Virus record (IMG/VR): IMGVR_UViG_3300021400_000136
Location: 16,152-80,151 of that record
Length of the DNA stretch: 64,000 bases
Origin: a virus
Lineage: Duplodnaviria; Caudoviricetes
Direction: 5' to 3' (one strand)
The notes beneath the pieces are model-generated. The model was not told the DNA's origin, searched no databases, and saw only the letters and a list, made by a program, of their open reading frames with translations. Both the position numbers and the translations under genes were made by a program. The stretch's first letter is position 1. The number at the start of each line of letters is the position of its first letter. Below, in pieces: positions 48,005 to 57,897 of the stretch.

Positions 48005-48292
48005 ATGACGATTTGCTCCCTCGTCTGGGGCAGAGACTATTTCGTCCGATATATTCCCATGGGTATGCACATCGGCGGGGTCTCTACTTCCAACCATGAC
48101 GGGACTTACAATATCTATATCAACGCAAACCTGTACGCTACCCAGCAGTGGGATGCATTCTTACATGAGCTTGCCCATTGCGCACTGGGTCACTTTGATG
48201 AGCGGTCCTACCTTACCGAGGACCAGATGGAGGCAGAGGCTGAACTGTATAAGGAAAGAGTGCCAGTCATCATCCCACCAGACGCAGCTTGA
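48005..48292 (+). CDS. ImmA/IrrE-like metallopeptidase
   Basis: YNIYINANL...LHELAHCALGHF...MEAEA; start after AAGGAG. Confidence 0.75.
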   Translation: MTICSLVWGRDYFVRYIPMGMHIGGVSTSNHDGTYNIYINANLYATQQWDAFLHELAHCALGHFDERSYLTEDQMEAEAELYKERVPVIIPPDAA

Positions 48293-48482
48293 CTTGAGCA
48301 TGAGGCTGAGTTACAATAAGGAATAGAATATAAGAGATGAAGGATGTTACCTTGGTTAGGCTAGGGTGGCGTCCTTTTTTTAGCAGGCGGGGTGCTGAGT
48401 TCTGGACAATGACTGTTCGGATCGCAACAATTCTGTCCAGATCTGGACAAAATCGACGTTCACAATTTCGTAACAAGTAGTT

Positions 48483-48921
48483 TGTCACACTTGTCACGCT
48501 TGTCACATTGTCACGCGGAACCTGTTATTTAATCAACTGTAGTTGGGAAGTGTGACAAACTGTGACAAACTCAAGGGGGTAGTTTGTCACGTTTTTGTTA
48601 GCAAGTTTACAACAAATCACTACCGTGACAAACCCCAAAAACACGTTTCTTAAAAAAGTTTGTCACGTTAGTCACGCTTCATAAATCCATCCAGAAAGTA
48701 CTCTAAAACATATAAAATAATAATAATAATAATATATTTATGTGTTATATGTTATGGATTGGTGTGACAAACGTATGGTATAGTTTGTCACGTTTTGGGG
48801 GGTAGTTTGTCACGGAGGGCTTTAGTTTGTCACACTTATCAACTGTAGTTGCTTTGTGTGACTAACGTGACAAACTATTTAGAGGTATACGTTTGTCACG
48901 CTTTTTCCTATAGTTTGTCAC
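48483..48921. repeat. Iteron-like array around an AT-rich core (putative replication origin)
   Basis: 16 exact TGTCAC/GTGACA copies (mostly AGTTTGTCAC or GTGACAAAC) plus 2 variants, AT-rich stretch at about 48705-48755, and two copies of ATCAACTGTAGTTG. Confidence 0.8.
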
Positions 48922-48931
48922 AGGATGGAAG

Positions 48932-49249
48932 GTGATTTTTATTTCAGTTCAAGTTCGTGAGCGTGATGTGGAATCATACCTGGTTGGTTGTTGCAATCGT
49001 AACAACTTACCTTGTTTGAAGTTTTCATCAGCATATAAGACAGGTATGCCGGATCGTATTATTCTCCTGCCGGATCAGCGTTGTGTCTGGGTGGAAACCA
49101 AAACGGATACTGGTGAGTTGTCCGAGATCCAGAAGTTGCAGCACCATAAGCTCAGACAGGCGGGTCACAAAGTCTATGTCCCGTGGACTAAGAAAGATGT
49201 GGACAGGCTGATGCAGGATCTCGTTCCGGAAGAGGAGAGTGCAGGATAA
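48932..49249 (+). CDS. VRR-NUC domain nuclease
   Basis: ERDVESYL...GMPDRIILLP...WVETK...LSEIQKLQHHKL. Confidence 0.85.
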   Translation: MIFISVQVRERDVESYLVGCCNRNNLPCLKFSSAYKTGMPDRIILLPDQRCVWVETKTDTGELSEIQKLQHHKLRQAGHKVYVPWTKKDVDRLMQDLVPEEESAG

Positions 49250-49276
49250 ACCTACTAATTAGATAGGAATATAAAA

Positions 49277-49307
49277 CAAAAAAAGCCCGCTATCACTAGC
49301 GGGTTTT
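49277..49307. terminator. Intrinsic terminator ending the - strand early operon (bidirectional)
   Basis: AGCCCGCTA-TCAC-TAGCGGGTT with an A-run upstream and T-run downstream. Confidence 0.8.
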
Positions 49308-49308
49308 G

Positions 49309-49802
49309 TCATGCGTACCTTGCGTCCATCTTCCGGTGCTTCTCCTCCTGCGCATGGAGGTAGAACCGGACTGCGTTCTTTATGAACTCTGCCTTGTTCT
49401 CTTCCGATTCCATAGCGGCAATGATATCAAAGTCTTTCTTCCGGTTCATCCTCAGTGTGAAGTTGAACGTGCCGCCTTCTTGGTTCGGTTTGTATACGTA
49501 CTTTGATTTCCTCATTCGGATTCCTCTTGAGTATAGGTGAAGCCTACGGATGACATGTGGCTTCTCAGTAACTCTTTAATCAGTCCCTGTTTGTTAGGTA
49601 CTGTGTCTAAGTAGGCGAGGATGTCGGCATCTGTTTTGTTGTTGAGTCTAACGAATACTCTTGTTGTGTTGTTGGCGTCATAGGCAATGTTTCTGTCTTT
49701 CTTTTTCTGGTATGCCTCTACGGAAAGCTTAACTGCCATTACTTTATCCTCCCTGGGTGTTGGTCTTACGGTATTATACATTGCTTTGTTCTCCGGTGTC
49801 AA
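49309..49802 (-). other. Two ribbon-helix-helix-like small DNA-binding proteins (49309..49515, 49512..49802)
   Basis: FTLRMNRKKDFDII...NKAEFIKNAVR and VFVRLNNKTDADIL...NKQGLIKELLR. Confidence 0.6.
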
Positions 49803-52800
49803 TTGGTTTTGATGGGGAGATCGAGCGAGTCCATCATCTCATGGTACAGCATACGCTCGATCTCTCGGTAGTCTTTGATCAGTTCATCTGCTTTGAACTT
49901 ATCAGAGGGAGTGGTGTAGAATTCCTTCTCCCTCTCGGCATACTTGCATCCGGTAGCGAGTGCAAGTCGGATAAGCTGCAGCTGTCTTACTGTCAGTGTT
50001 ACGTTCACGGTCTTGTCATTAGTCATCGTCATCCGCTCCATAGTCTCTGATTATTTCTTCTGCGATAAGGTCGAGCCATTCATCTGCTGTCATTATATCA
50101 TATCCTCCTTAGTCTGTCACATGGAAGTAGAAGTCCAGTGCTTCTCCTTCGAGGTTGTTGTATGCCCAGTCGTTTGTGTCGATGTAAAGATCTGAGTAGA
50201 GTTCCGAGAGTCCGGTGTTTCCTTTGCTGTAGTGGTGCCATGCTTTGTGGTTGAGAACCATCACCAGTTCGGTGAGATACTTGTAGTCGGACCGCCATTC
50301 TTTGAAGGCGCGGTTATAGGTGTCGAGTACTGCCTTTGGTCCGAATGCATCAGCGATGGAGAAGTCGTTCCAGAAGGTGGTCTGGACTCGTTGTGCTTCG
50401 TATTCTGGGTACATTTGTTATTCCTCCTTTAATGTGAGCGTTAAGGTGTAGTTGTTTTCGAGATTGCATTTCTTGTTGAGGTCACAAAGCAGATTGTCTA
50501 GGTGGTCATATTCCTCGAAAGGAATGTGGGCATCAGTGCATATGAGGGCAAGAATAAGATACTGGATGTCCTCTGTTGTCAGTTTGATTTCCATGGTTCA
50601 GTCCTCCTTATTAATCTATGTTGTATGCTACCAGTACTTCTTCCGGTGTCATGGTTGGGTACTTGTCGTAGTTGGGCGCTCCGTCAATCCAGTCTGGTTC
50701 TTCCTGTTCTGCTCTGCGTTCGAGGTATTCTTCTTCTGTGATTTCGTTTATCTCATATCCGTCGATGTAATACTCATCGAGCCATGTTTCAAAGTCCATG
50801 TCCTTGTACTCTGGGTCTTCTACGTATCCCATGAATGCCTTGTAGTCATAGTAGGCATCGTCTTGTGTGAAGACGTTATCTATACTGGCGAAGTATCTCA
50901 TCTTATCTTATTCCTCTCTCCTGCATTCTAGCAGGGTTGTATTCTTTAATGAGTTCCTGTTCGATGTACTCATCCCAGTTTCCGAATTCATTCTCTTCCA
51001 TATATTTCTTGAATCCCTTACTCATCTTGAGTGCATACTCGGCGAGCTCAACATCGCCTTCGATCCCTGGCGGAAGGATGATGTATCCTGCGTTGTCGAG
51101 GTACGTGGCTGCCATGCCGATGGTTACAAGGTCATAGGCCTTGGCGATCTGTGCTTCTTTTCTAGTCATTTTTATTTCTCCTCCTTTGTAAATCTCTTGA
51201 TCGTAAAGTCGTGCGTGCTATAGCCTTTTTCGGCATCGGCATAGACATACACGTTGAAATCGTCAAGCCATGTGCGGTTCCAGTCAGCGTCCATGTGGTG
51301 TGCGGGTCTGATCGTGGCAAGGTCTTGGGAGACGTTCCCGCTTGGGTCTGTTACGAAGACACAGATCTCGTTCGTGCCGTCGTATGTGTTTGTTTCGGCT
51401 ACGATTTTGTAGCTATGTGGTGCAGGGATTTCAATTCTCATTTCGGCATCCTCGCTTTCGGTGTTGTAGTCTTGGCTTTTATTTCTTCTAGTGTGTCTTT
51501 GAGGTCTCTTATCCATTGGTTGGTGATATCGTTGAGGCAGTCCTCAGCGATCTGCATGTCGATCATCTCTACTCCGTCATTATTCTCTGAGAGGTACAGC
51601 CAGTCCATATCTGCGAGCTTTTCCATGAGTGCGTCCGTGCTTGCGGGTATTCCAGTCTGGTATTCGATTTCTCCGGCGGCAGTCTCAATCCACCAGTTGA
51701 TCGTTTCTTCTGCATCTGCTGCAGGGATGGGTGCGTCAAAGATTGTGTCGACGTATATCATTTTAGTTCCTCCTATTACTTGTTGAGAATAAGTATCTTC
51801 CAGTCTTTTGATGGAAGGTCGAGTCCGGTTTCGTCAAGGGCATCGATCTTTGCAAGGGTGAAGTCTCTGATGACGTCAAGGTAGATGTGGTCCTGTCCTG
51901 CTGCTTCTTCCGCATCCCACCATTCAAGGAATTCGACCGCCCACATAGTGATGGTTGCGTTGAAGTCTCTGGAATCCTCAAAGCCGAGGCGGAATTCCTT
52001 CCGTTCCCAGTCGATTACGTCCACGATTTCGATCACTGCTTCCGCAAGGAAGTATTCCTGCTGTGTAGGTTTTCTCATTTCTATATCCTCCTGTTAGTAG
52101 TTTTTGGGGTCGAGTTCGTGTAGTCTTTCTTCCAGTTTGTTCACGATTGGCTCAAAGAGGTCATGCATATCTGTGTCTTCCAATGCAGCCAGTGCTACGT
52201 CCTCTGCTTCTTTGAGTTGCTCTTTGGTATAGTCACTTCTGAATTTTCTGCCGTAGTGTTCATGGAGGTAGTTCCATAGTACTGTGTCGAATAAGGAATT
52301 ACGCAGGTTTAAGTATCTTGCTGTCAGTCTATCTGTTTTCAGAGGGACGACGGTCATTGCTATTGCGTAGGGGAAGAGAGTCTTCTCGTCGATTGCTTTA
52401 CGTGCTCTTTCCATATAGTCGTTGTTCATTTCTATATCCTCCTTATCTCTGATACCGAGTCATGAATGTTCTCGCTGTCTGGTCGAGGTGGCACATGTGC
52501 ATTGTGGTTGTGATGCCCCAGCGTCTACTTGATTCCGCATCCCATGAATTCTTTATCCCTTCTGCCCACTCGGCTGCCTTGTGGGAGATGCGTCCATCCC
52601 ATGCACTCTGATTGATAAGGGAAGCGATGATGATTTCCGCAAAGCTTTCGCCGCACATTTCTGCGAAGGCATCCACGACGGACTCCGGTGTATCGTTGTC
52701 GTAGACGGCATCTGTATGAAGCTTGTCGAGCAGGGCGCAAGCATCACGGCATTTCTTTCTGTACTCACGATAGATATCCGCACCGATATCCTGTACCTTC

Positions 52801-55093
52801 TGCAGGGTTTCCATTGTTCTCATTCTTATATCCTCCATAATTACATTTTATTTTGAGACCGGACAGGATGTAGAGTCCTGCCCACGCACCATGCCTGACT
52901 CCTGTTTATACTCGCATGGTCGAGTGTGGTATCAATCCTCTTCTATGCAACCATCGTCTTCTGTAGATGACTCATCCCAATCGATGTCCATGTCTTCAGC
53001 GAGTTCTTCTGCTTCTTCAAGGGATTCGGCTTGTACTGTGATTGTGCCAAGCATGCTGTACAGGAATGTGTATGTTTTCATTGTTCAATCCTCCTCTGTC
53101 TCCGGCAGGTATCCAAATCTCTGCCCATCTGATATTGTTTGGTAGATTACAGCCCATCCGGCTTCAATCATTTTCTCTTGCAGGTGCTCCCAATTGATTG
53201 CTCCGAGTACGCTCTGTATCCGTTCATCTGTTGCTTTGATTCCGTCGTAGCTTTCCAGTGCTTCCGCAATATCTGCTTCTGTCCAGTAGGTTTCTGCATA
53301 TCTTTCCATTGTTCAATCCTCCTTAACAGCTTTGTTATAGATCTCAACAGCTTTCATTAATGCAGTGCCGCAGTACAGCCAATTGTCTTCGCCCTTCCAC
53401 ACATGGTACATCGGCTGACGTCCATGCATGTCGTCGTTTGGTTTGTCCTTACTGATAAACAGTGCCGTGTCTCCGTGTTCTTCTAGTAACCACAATTCTT
53501 TTTCATTAGGGCGGAAGGACTCTGCCCATCTTTCACGCATGGTCTTCTTTGCCATTGTTATATCCTCCTGTTAGATGTAGTTCTTTACGACACGTTCTTT
53601 GTTGTCGCTGTCGTAGCGCGTAATGTAGAGGTATTCTATATCCTGCGGCCTATGGTTCCTGTAGATGTCGCCCGCAATGAATACAGCTTGATCTATGTTG
53701 TGACATGCCTGCCGTACCTCTTTGTATCCGTTCACATGTTTGAAGTGTACATATCTGAGATTGCTTTCCATTATTCAATCCTCCTGTTATCGTGTGTATT
53801 CCACAAGATACTTTCCGTGTTCACGGAATCCGAAACGCTGGTGCTGTGCTGTTTCGTATGCTGTGTTGTATTGATCAATTTCATATACTCTCCATCTGTC
53901 TTCCGGAGAATCCCACTTGTACATTTCACGGTTCAGAATCTCCGCAATCTGTTCGGCCTTGACTCGTCTCTGTGGTACTCTATGCGCATGCTTTATGCTG
54001 AACATGAAGTCTTTTCCGAATCTTGTTTTAGATACGATAAGCATTATTCAATCCTCCTGTTATTATCCGTATATCCGGACGATTCTGTTTGTTAGTCTGG
54101 TAATTTCTCTTTTCGTTTTTGTCCAAGCTTCTTTCGACGTTCTTCCTTTATATACTTTCGTTTCTTGTGCTCCGGTGATGCAGTTTAGAAATTCCGTTTC
54201 GACTGCATAGTATCCATCTGCTGTTCTGTATTCTTTGTATTTCATTTCAAGAAGTTTTCTAAGCATTGCTTTATCCTCCATCATATTTCTTTTTCCATGA
54301 TGCTGCATTTGCCGTACCAAAAAGTATCTGTGTAATTCTCAAGTGCATATTCTGCATCAGCCCGTTTAGTGAATGGGCCGCAAAGTGTTTTTCCGTTTTC
54401 GCTTTTCACAAAGTATATTGTCATTGTGCTATCCCTCCATTAGATCTTTTTTCTTCCGGGCCAGCCATAAACTCTGGCGACAAAAGGCCGGATGCTTTTT
54501 GTGTACTTCTTTATATCGTTTTCAGATACTTCACCATAAACTAATTTATTCAGAAAAGTATCTTTCTGACTTTCGCTTATTCCCTTTCTCCATGTTCTGT
54601 AGCGATAATAGTTTGTGCCGTCATGATGTATTCCTGTATATCTCATGTCCTTATCATCGCAATACCATTCACAATAATCGCAATCGTTATATAGGCAGTC
54701 CTTAATGTTTCCTGACTTAATGATCTTGTATCCATTTCGTCTACCATTCCACAATCCTAAGTCTCCAATTACAATAATTTCGTCACCGACATTTACATTC
54801 AGATTGTACCGTTCATCATCAAGAGAGATAGCATTCTGCTCATCAATCCATTCATAGAGCTGATCATCAGTCTCACAGCTCGTCATTTCATTATCCAATA
54901 TGTCACAGCACTCTTGATAGTATTCACGCCAGGCGTCTATATTAATATCGATGTTTTGCCAGATTATCATTTTGTTTTCTTTCATTGTTATATCCTCCAT
55001 CATATTTCTTTCGGCATGCATGCCGTGTAATTGTTTCGTTTCTGCTGTGGCTTTTCTTCCTGTGCAGCGTATCCAATTAAAGACACGCTGCAC
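49799..55093 (-). other. Early-gene cluster of small, mostly acidic proteins: 49799..50041, 50109..50414, 50611..50901, 50903..51169, 51172..about 51440, 51438..51761, 51776..52078, 52094..52429, 52443..about 52823, 52932..53081, 53085..53309, 53313..53555, 53571..53771, 53787..54044, 54063..54266, 54440..54985
   Basis: ORF track plus manual translation; most starts are preceded by (A/T)GGAGGAT(A/T)N5ATG. Confidence 0.7.
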
Positions 55094-55130
55094 ATCACGG
55101 CTCCAATTGCCAGTGCTAAAATCCCTATGC

Positions 55131-55832
55131 TCATTTCAGCTGCTCCCGTACATCGGACTCTGTATCCTTGCGATAGCATCTGCCACATGTGGCACAGCAG
55201 CGAGCTCCGCAATTAATATCGAGATTGTTTTCTATAATGTATTCCTTGCTGTAGACGGTGAAGACTTTGTCAACATAGTGTGAGCTTGCAGTCTTCTTTT
55301 CGTTTACTTTGGGGGAGGACTCTATTAGAATTACATTTTTCGGCTTGCCAACCATGTCGAAAGCTTTGGCAATGATTGCGACGTTTTTGCTCCACCATGC
55401 GAAAGTTACAAGCGGATTGACTTTGCACAGATTGCAATAGTTAATTGCCTGTGTTACATTTGCGACGTCTCCGAAAGATTCAATCCGGACAATCCGCACA
55501 TTGGGAAACTTAGGAAGCAAATCCAAGTCAAGGATTGATTCAGTCAGCAGGTACGTGTTAGAGAGCATATTCTTTCCGCAATCCTTATAACGATTCAGTG
55601 TTGTTTCTGCAAAGCAGTGAGCACAAATGCTGTCGCCGTCTTTCATACGCTGAAGGCAGAAGGGATTTGCAAGGCAAGAAGTGCTGATGCTCGGAATGCT
55701 TTCCATCTTTCCGCTCATGTTATCGGATACACAAATAGGAGAGTAATTGCTAGCGTATTTTGATTTACGCATTGCATATCGTCTTCCAAGAATCTCAATA
55801 AATTCCTTGACATTTGACTTGACTTTTGACAT
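55131..55832 (-). CDS. Gp88-like Cys-rich protein (first early gene)
   Basis: SISTSCLANPFC...CAHCFA...RIESFGDV...CGARCCATCGRCY. Confidence 0.5.
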   Translation of the reverse strand: MSKVKSNVKEFIEILGRRYAMRKSKYASNYSPICVSDNMSGKMESIPSISTSCLANPFCLQRMKDGDSICAHCFAETTLNRYKDCGKNMLSNTYLLTESILDLDLLPKFPNVRIVRIESFGDVANVTQAINYCNLCKVNPLVTFAWWSKNVAIIAKAFDMVGKPKNVILIESSPKVNEKKTASSHYVDKVFTVYSKEYIIENNLDINCGARCCATCGRCYRKDTESDVREQLK

Positions 55833-56183
55833 AATAGATGTACCATCCTTTCAGATTTTTGGTTTGATTTGTTTGGTTTGGTGTTGATAGCTGATTGAGT
55901 GCCAGTCAATCAGCTATCGTTTTTTGGATAATTCCAAAAACCTAAACAAGCTTCAGCTTGTTCACGTTTTCAGAATCATCATTGCATGGTGTTGTAGTCA
56001 TCGCATGTCCATGCCTACATGCTCTAGTTGATACTGTCAGCCTTAATCGGTTCAGCGAAAACCATTGAATTGTCAAAGTGCACTATCCTCTTGCAATCTT
56101 CTTTGTGCGCATCCTCCATTGCGCATCCGCTTGCATTTGAACTCGTTCCATCATTTGGTGCTGTGGTTTGCTAGGGTACTTGT

Positions 56184-56240
56184 CAATGCGCCTTGTCTCT
56201 TGACAATGCGTACTATAGCAGAAACAATGCGCCTTGTCAA
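56184..56240 (-). promoter_or_regulatory. Strong early promoter overlapped by three CAATGCG repeats
   Basis: Minus: TTGACA (56240-35), 17 bp, TATAGT (56217-12); CAATGCG at 56184, 56204 and 56225. Confidence 0.8.
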
Positions 56241-56919
56241 CACTTTTTTCAAAAAAATTTTAATTAGTTTTTTCACAAAGTTTGACCATGCATTTTCAAA
56301 ATTCCTATTAAATAGGTAGAGACACGGAAAGCAAAAACATTTTTGACATATGCCAGAAACACAAAAGGAAAACGTCAAGTGGAATCACTTGACAGCATAG
56401 CAGTGCATACCTGTATCCGTGCATCAAAGTATTAGAGGATACATGTATTCATGTATACAATTAGTATGCAATGCCTAACTAAACCTGCAGCACAATCGTG
56501 TTGCATCAAACTGAATGTGATCATAGTTAGATAAATTGTACGGGGTATCCGTGTGGTACTGCTATCAGATATAGAAAGCACAAGCCCATTGCTGCAGGGC
56601 TTCCGGCCGAACGTATACATACGGAGAGGAAGGCAGGACGTGTGCACACTGCAAGCACTGGGCGCCCACTACATAAAGGAAACAAAAAAATTTTTTGGTG
56701 CAGTTTAAAAGGAATGGGCTGCATCGTGTGCATCCGCAGAAAAATTTTTTCAGCTCTGCTGAAAAAATTCTGAATCGCCGGAAAACCGGAAGCCGCCTCT
56801 TTCGGGCCGAAGGCCCCCCATGCCCGCCCGCAGGGGGTGGGGGTTATTATATATATAATATATATAACTTTTTTCGCATATTACTGACGCTCGAAAAACC
56901 AAGTTAAACCCAACTAACT

Positions 56920-57087
56920 GTTTAAGCTCCGTCTCCTAATAAACTCAAAGTGACAATCTTAGTTTAAGCCCCGTCACCTGATAAACTCAAAGTGACAATC
57001 TCAGTTTGATCTCCGTCACCTGATAAGCCCAAAGTGCCAATCCAAGTTCGAGCCCTGTCACTTTAAATACTCAAAGTGCCAATCCCA
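56920..57087 (+). repeat. Four tandem 42-bp imperfect repeats
   Basis: Units start at 56920, 56962, 57004 and 57046; consensus approximately GTTTAAGCYCCGTCACCTRATAAACTCAAAGTGMCAATCYCA. Confidence 0.9.
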
Positions 57088-57108
57088 ACATCTCCTCGCC
57101 TCTTCATC

Positions 57109-57151
57109 TGACCCCCTATGCCTCTAACAGGGTATAGGGGGTCTTTTTTTT
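57109..57151 (+). terminator. Intrinsic terminator just after the 42-bp repeats
   Basis: GACCCCCTAT...ATAGGGGGTC followed by T8. Confidence 0.8.
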
Positions 57152-57247
57152 GTTTCTGACCTGGTGGCTCTACTTTTCCAAAATTCAAATTATGAACAAA
57201 CTATTACGGTTGTCATCAAGTTTACCACAATATGTTGTACCACAAAC

Positions 57248-57276
57248 TTGACTTGCAGTTGAAAATACGATATAAT
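57248..57276 (+). promoter_or_regulatory. Promoter for terS and the packaging operon
   Basis: TTGACT-17-TATAAT. Confidence 0.7.
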
Positions 57277-57278
57277 GT

Positions 57279-57794
57279 ATGTTAGAAATTACTGGGTACT
57301 CCAGGAAGGAAGTGAGTCCGGTGGGCTTAACACCCGAAGAGAAGCGGGCGTTGGACGAGGAACGCACAGCCCGTATAACTGACCCTGTCAATCAAGCCAA
57401 AGCGGCTGAACGGCGAAGAAGCCCTGAGTCTATCGAGAAGCAGAAGGCGACATGTCGGGCGAACAAGAACTTCAACAAGCTGGCCAGGTACATGATGGAA
57501 GCTGAGATACCGACCGAGGACGAAGCTTTGGAAGAGCTCAGGTCCCACGGTTTCGAATCAGGTGACTATCAGACTGCAGTGTTCTGGGGCCAGATGAAGA
57601 AGGCCATTTACAATCTTGATACGGAAGCGGCCAAGTATGTAAGGGACACAGCAGGCTACAAACCCACTGAGAATCTGAATATCGGCAATGCTGATGACAA
57701 ACCCTTTGAGACGCTTGATCTGTCGAAGCTATCGACGGAAGAGCTACAGGCTATGGTTGCAGCCAGAAAGCCTTTGGAAGCTACGGAAGAATAA
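57279..57794 (+). CDS. terS: Putative terminase small subunit (real start probably GTG at 57312 or 57321)
   Basis: Directly upstream of terL; AAKYVRDTAGYKP and DLSKLSTEEL motifs. Confidence 0.6.
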   Translation: MLEITGYSRKEVSPVGLTPEEKRALDEERTARITDPVNQAKAAERRRSPESIEKQKATCRANKNFNKLARYMMEAEIPTEDEALEELRSHGFESGDYQTAVFWGQMKKAIYNLDTEAAKYVRDTAGYKPTENLNIGNADDKPFETLDLSKLSTEELQAMVAARKPLEATEE

Positions 57795-57798
57795 TACG

Positions 57799-57836
57799 AG
57801 CCCATTGCTTGGATAAAGCAGTGGGCTTTTACTTTT
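57799..57836 (+). terminator. Terminator-like hairpin between terS and terL
   Basis: AGCCCATTGCTT-GGATA-AAGCAGTGGGCT then TTTACTTTT. Confidence 0.6.
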
Positions 57837-57897
57837 GAAAGAGGCGCGATTATCCTGATTTTTCAAAGCGTGGTCCTGCTTTAGTGGACGATTTAGA

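Noticed and set aside
55061-55094. 10-bp inverted repeat TGTGCAGCGT/ACGCTGCACA after the Gp88-like gene
   Set aside because: No U-tract and no second copy; may be an mRNA processing stem but evidence is too thin.
56920-57087. CRISPR array
   Set aside because: Repeats are contiguous with no unique spacers, and no cas genes are present (DUF2800 is a replication-module nuclease).
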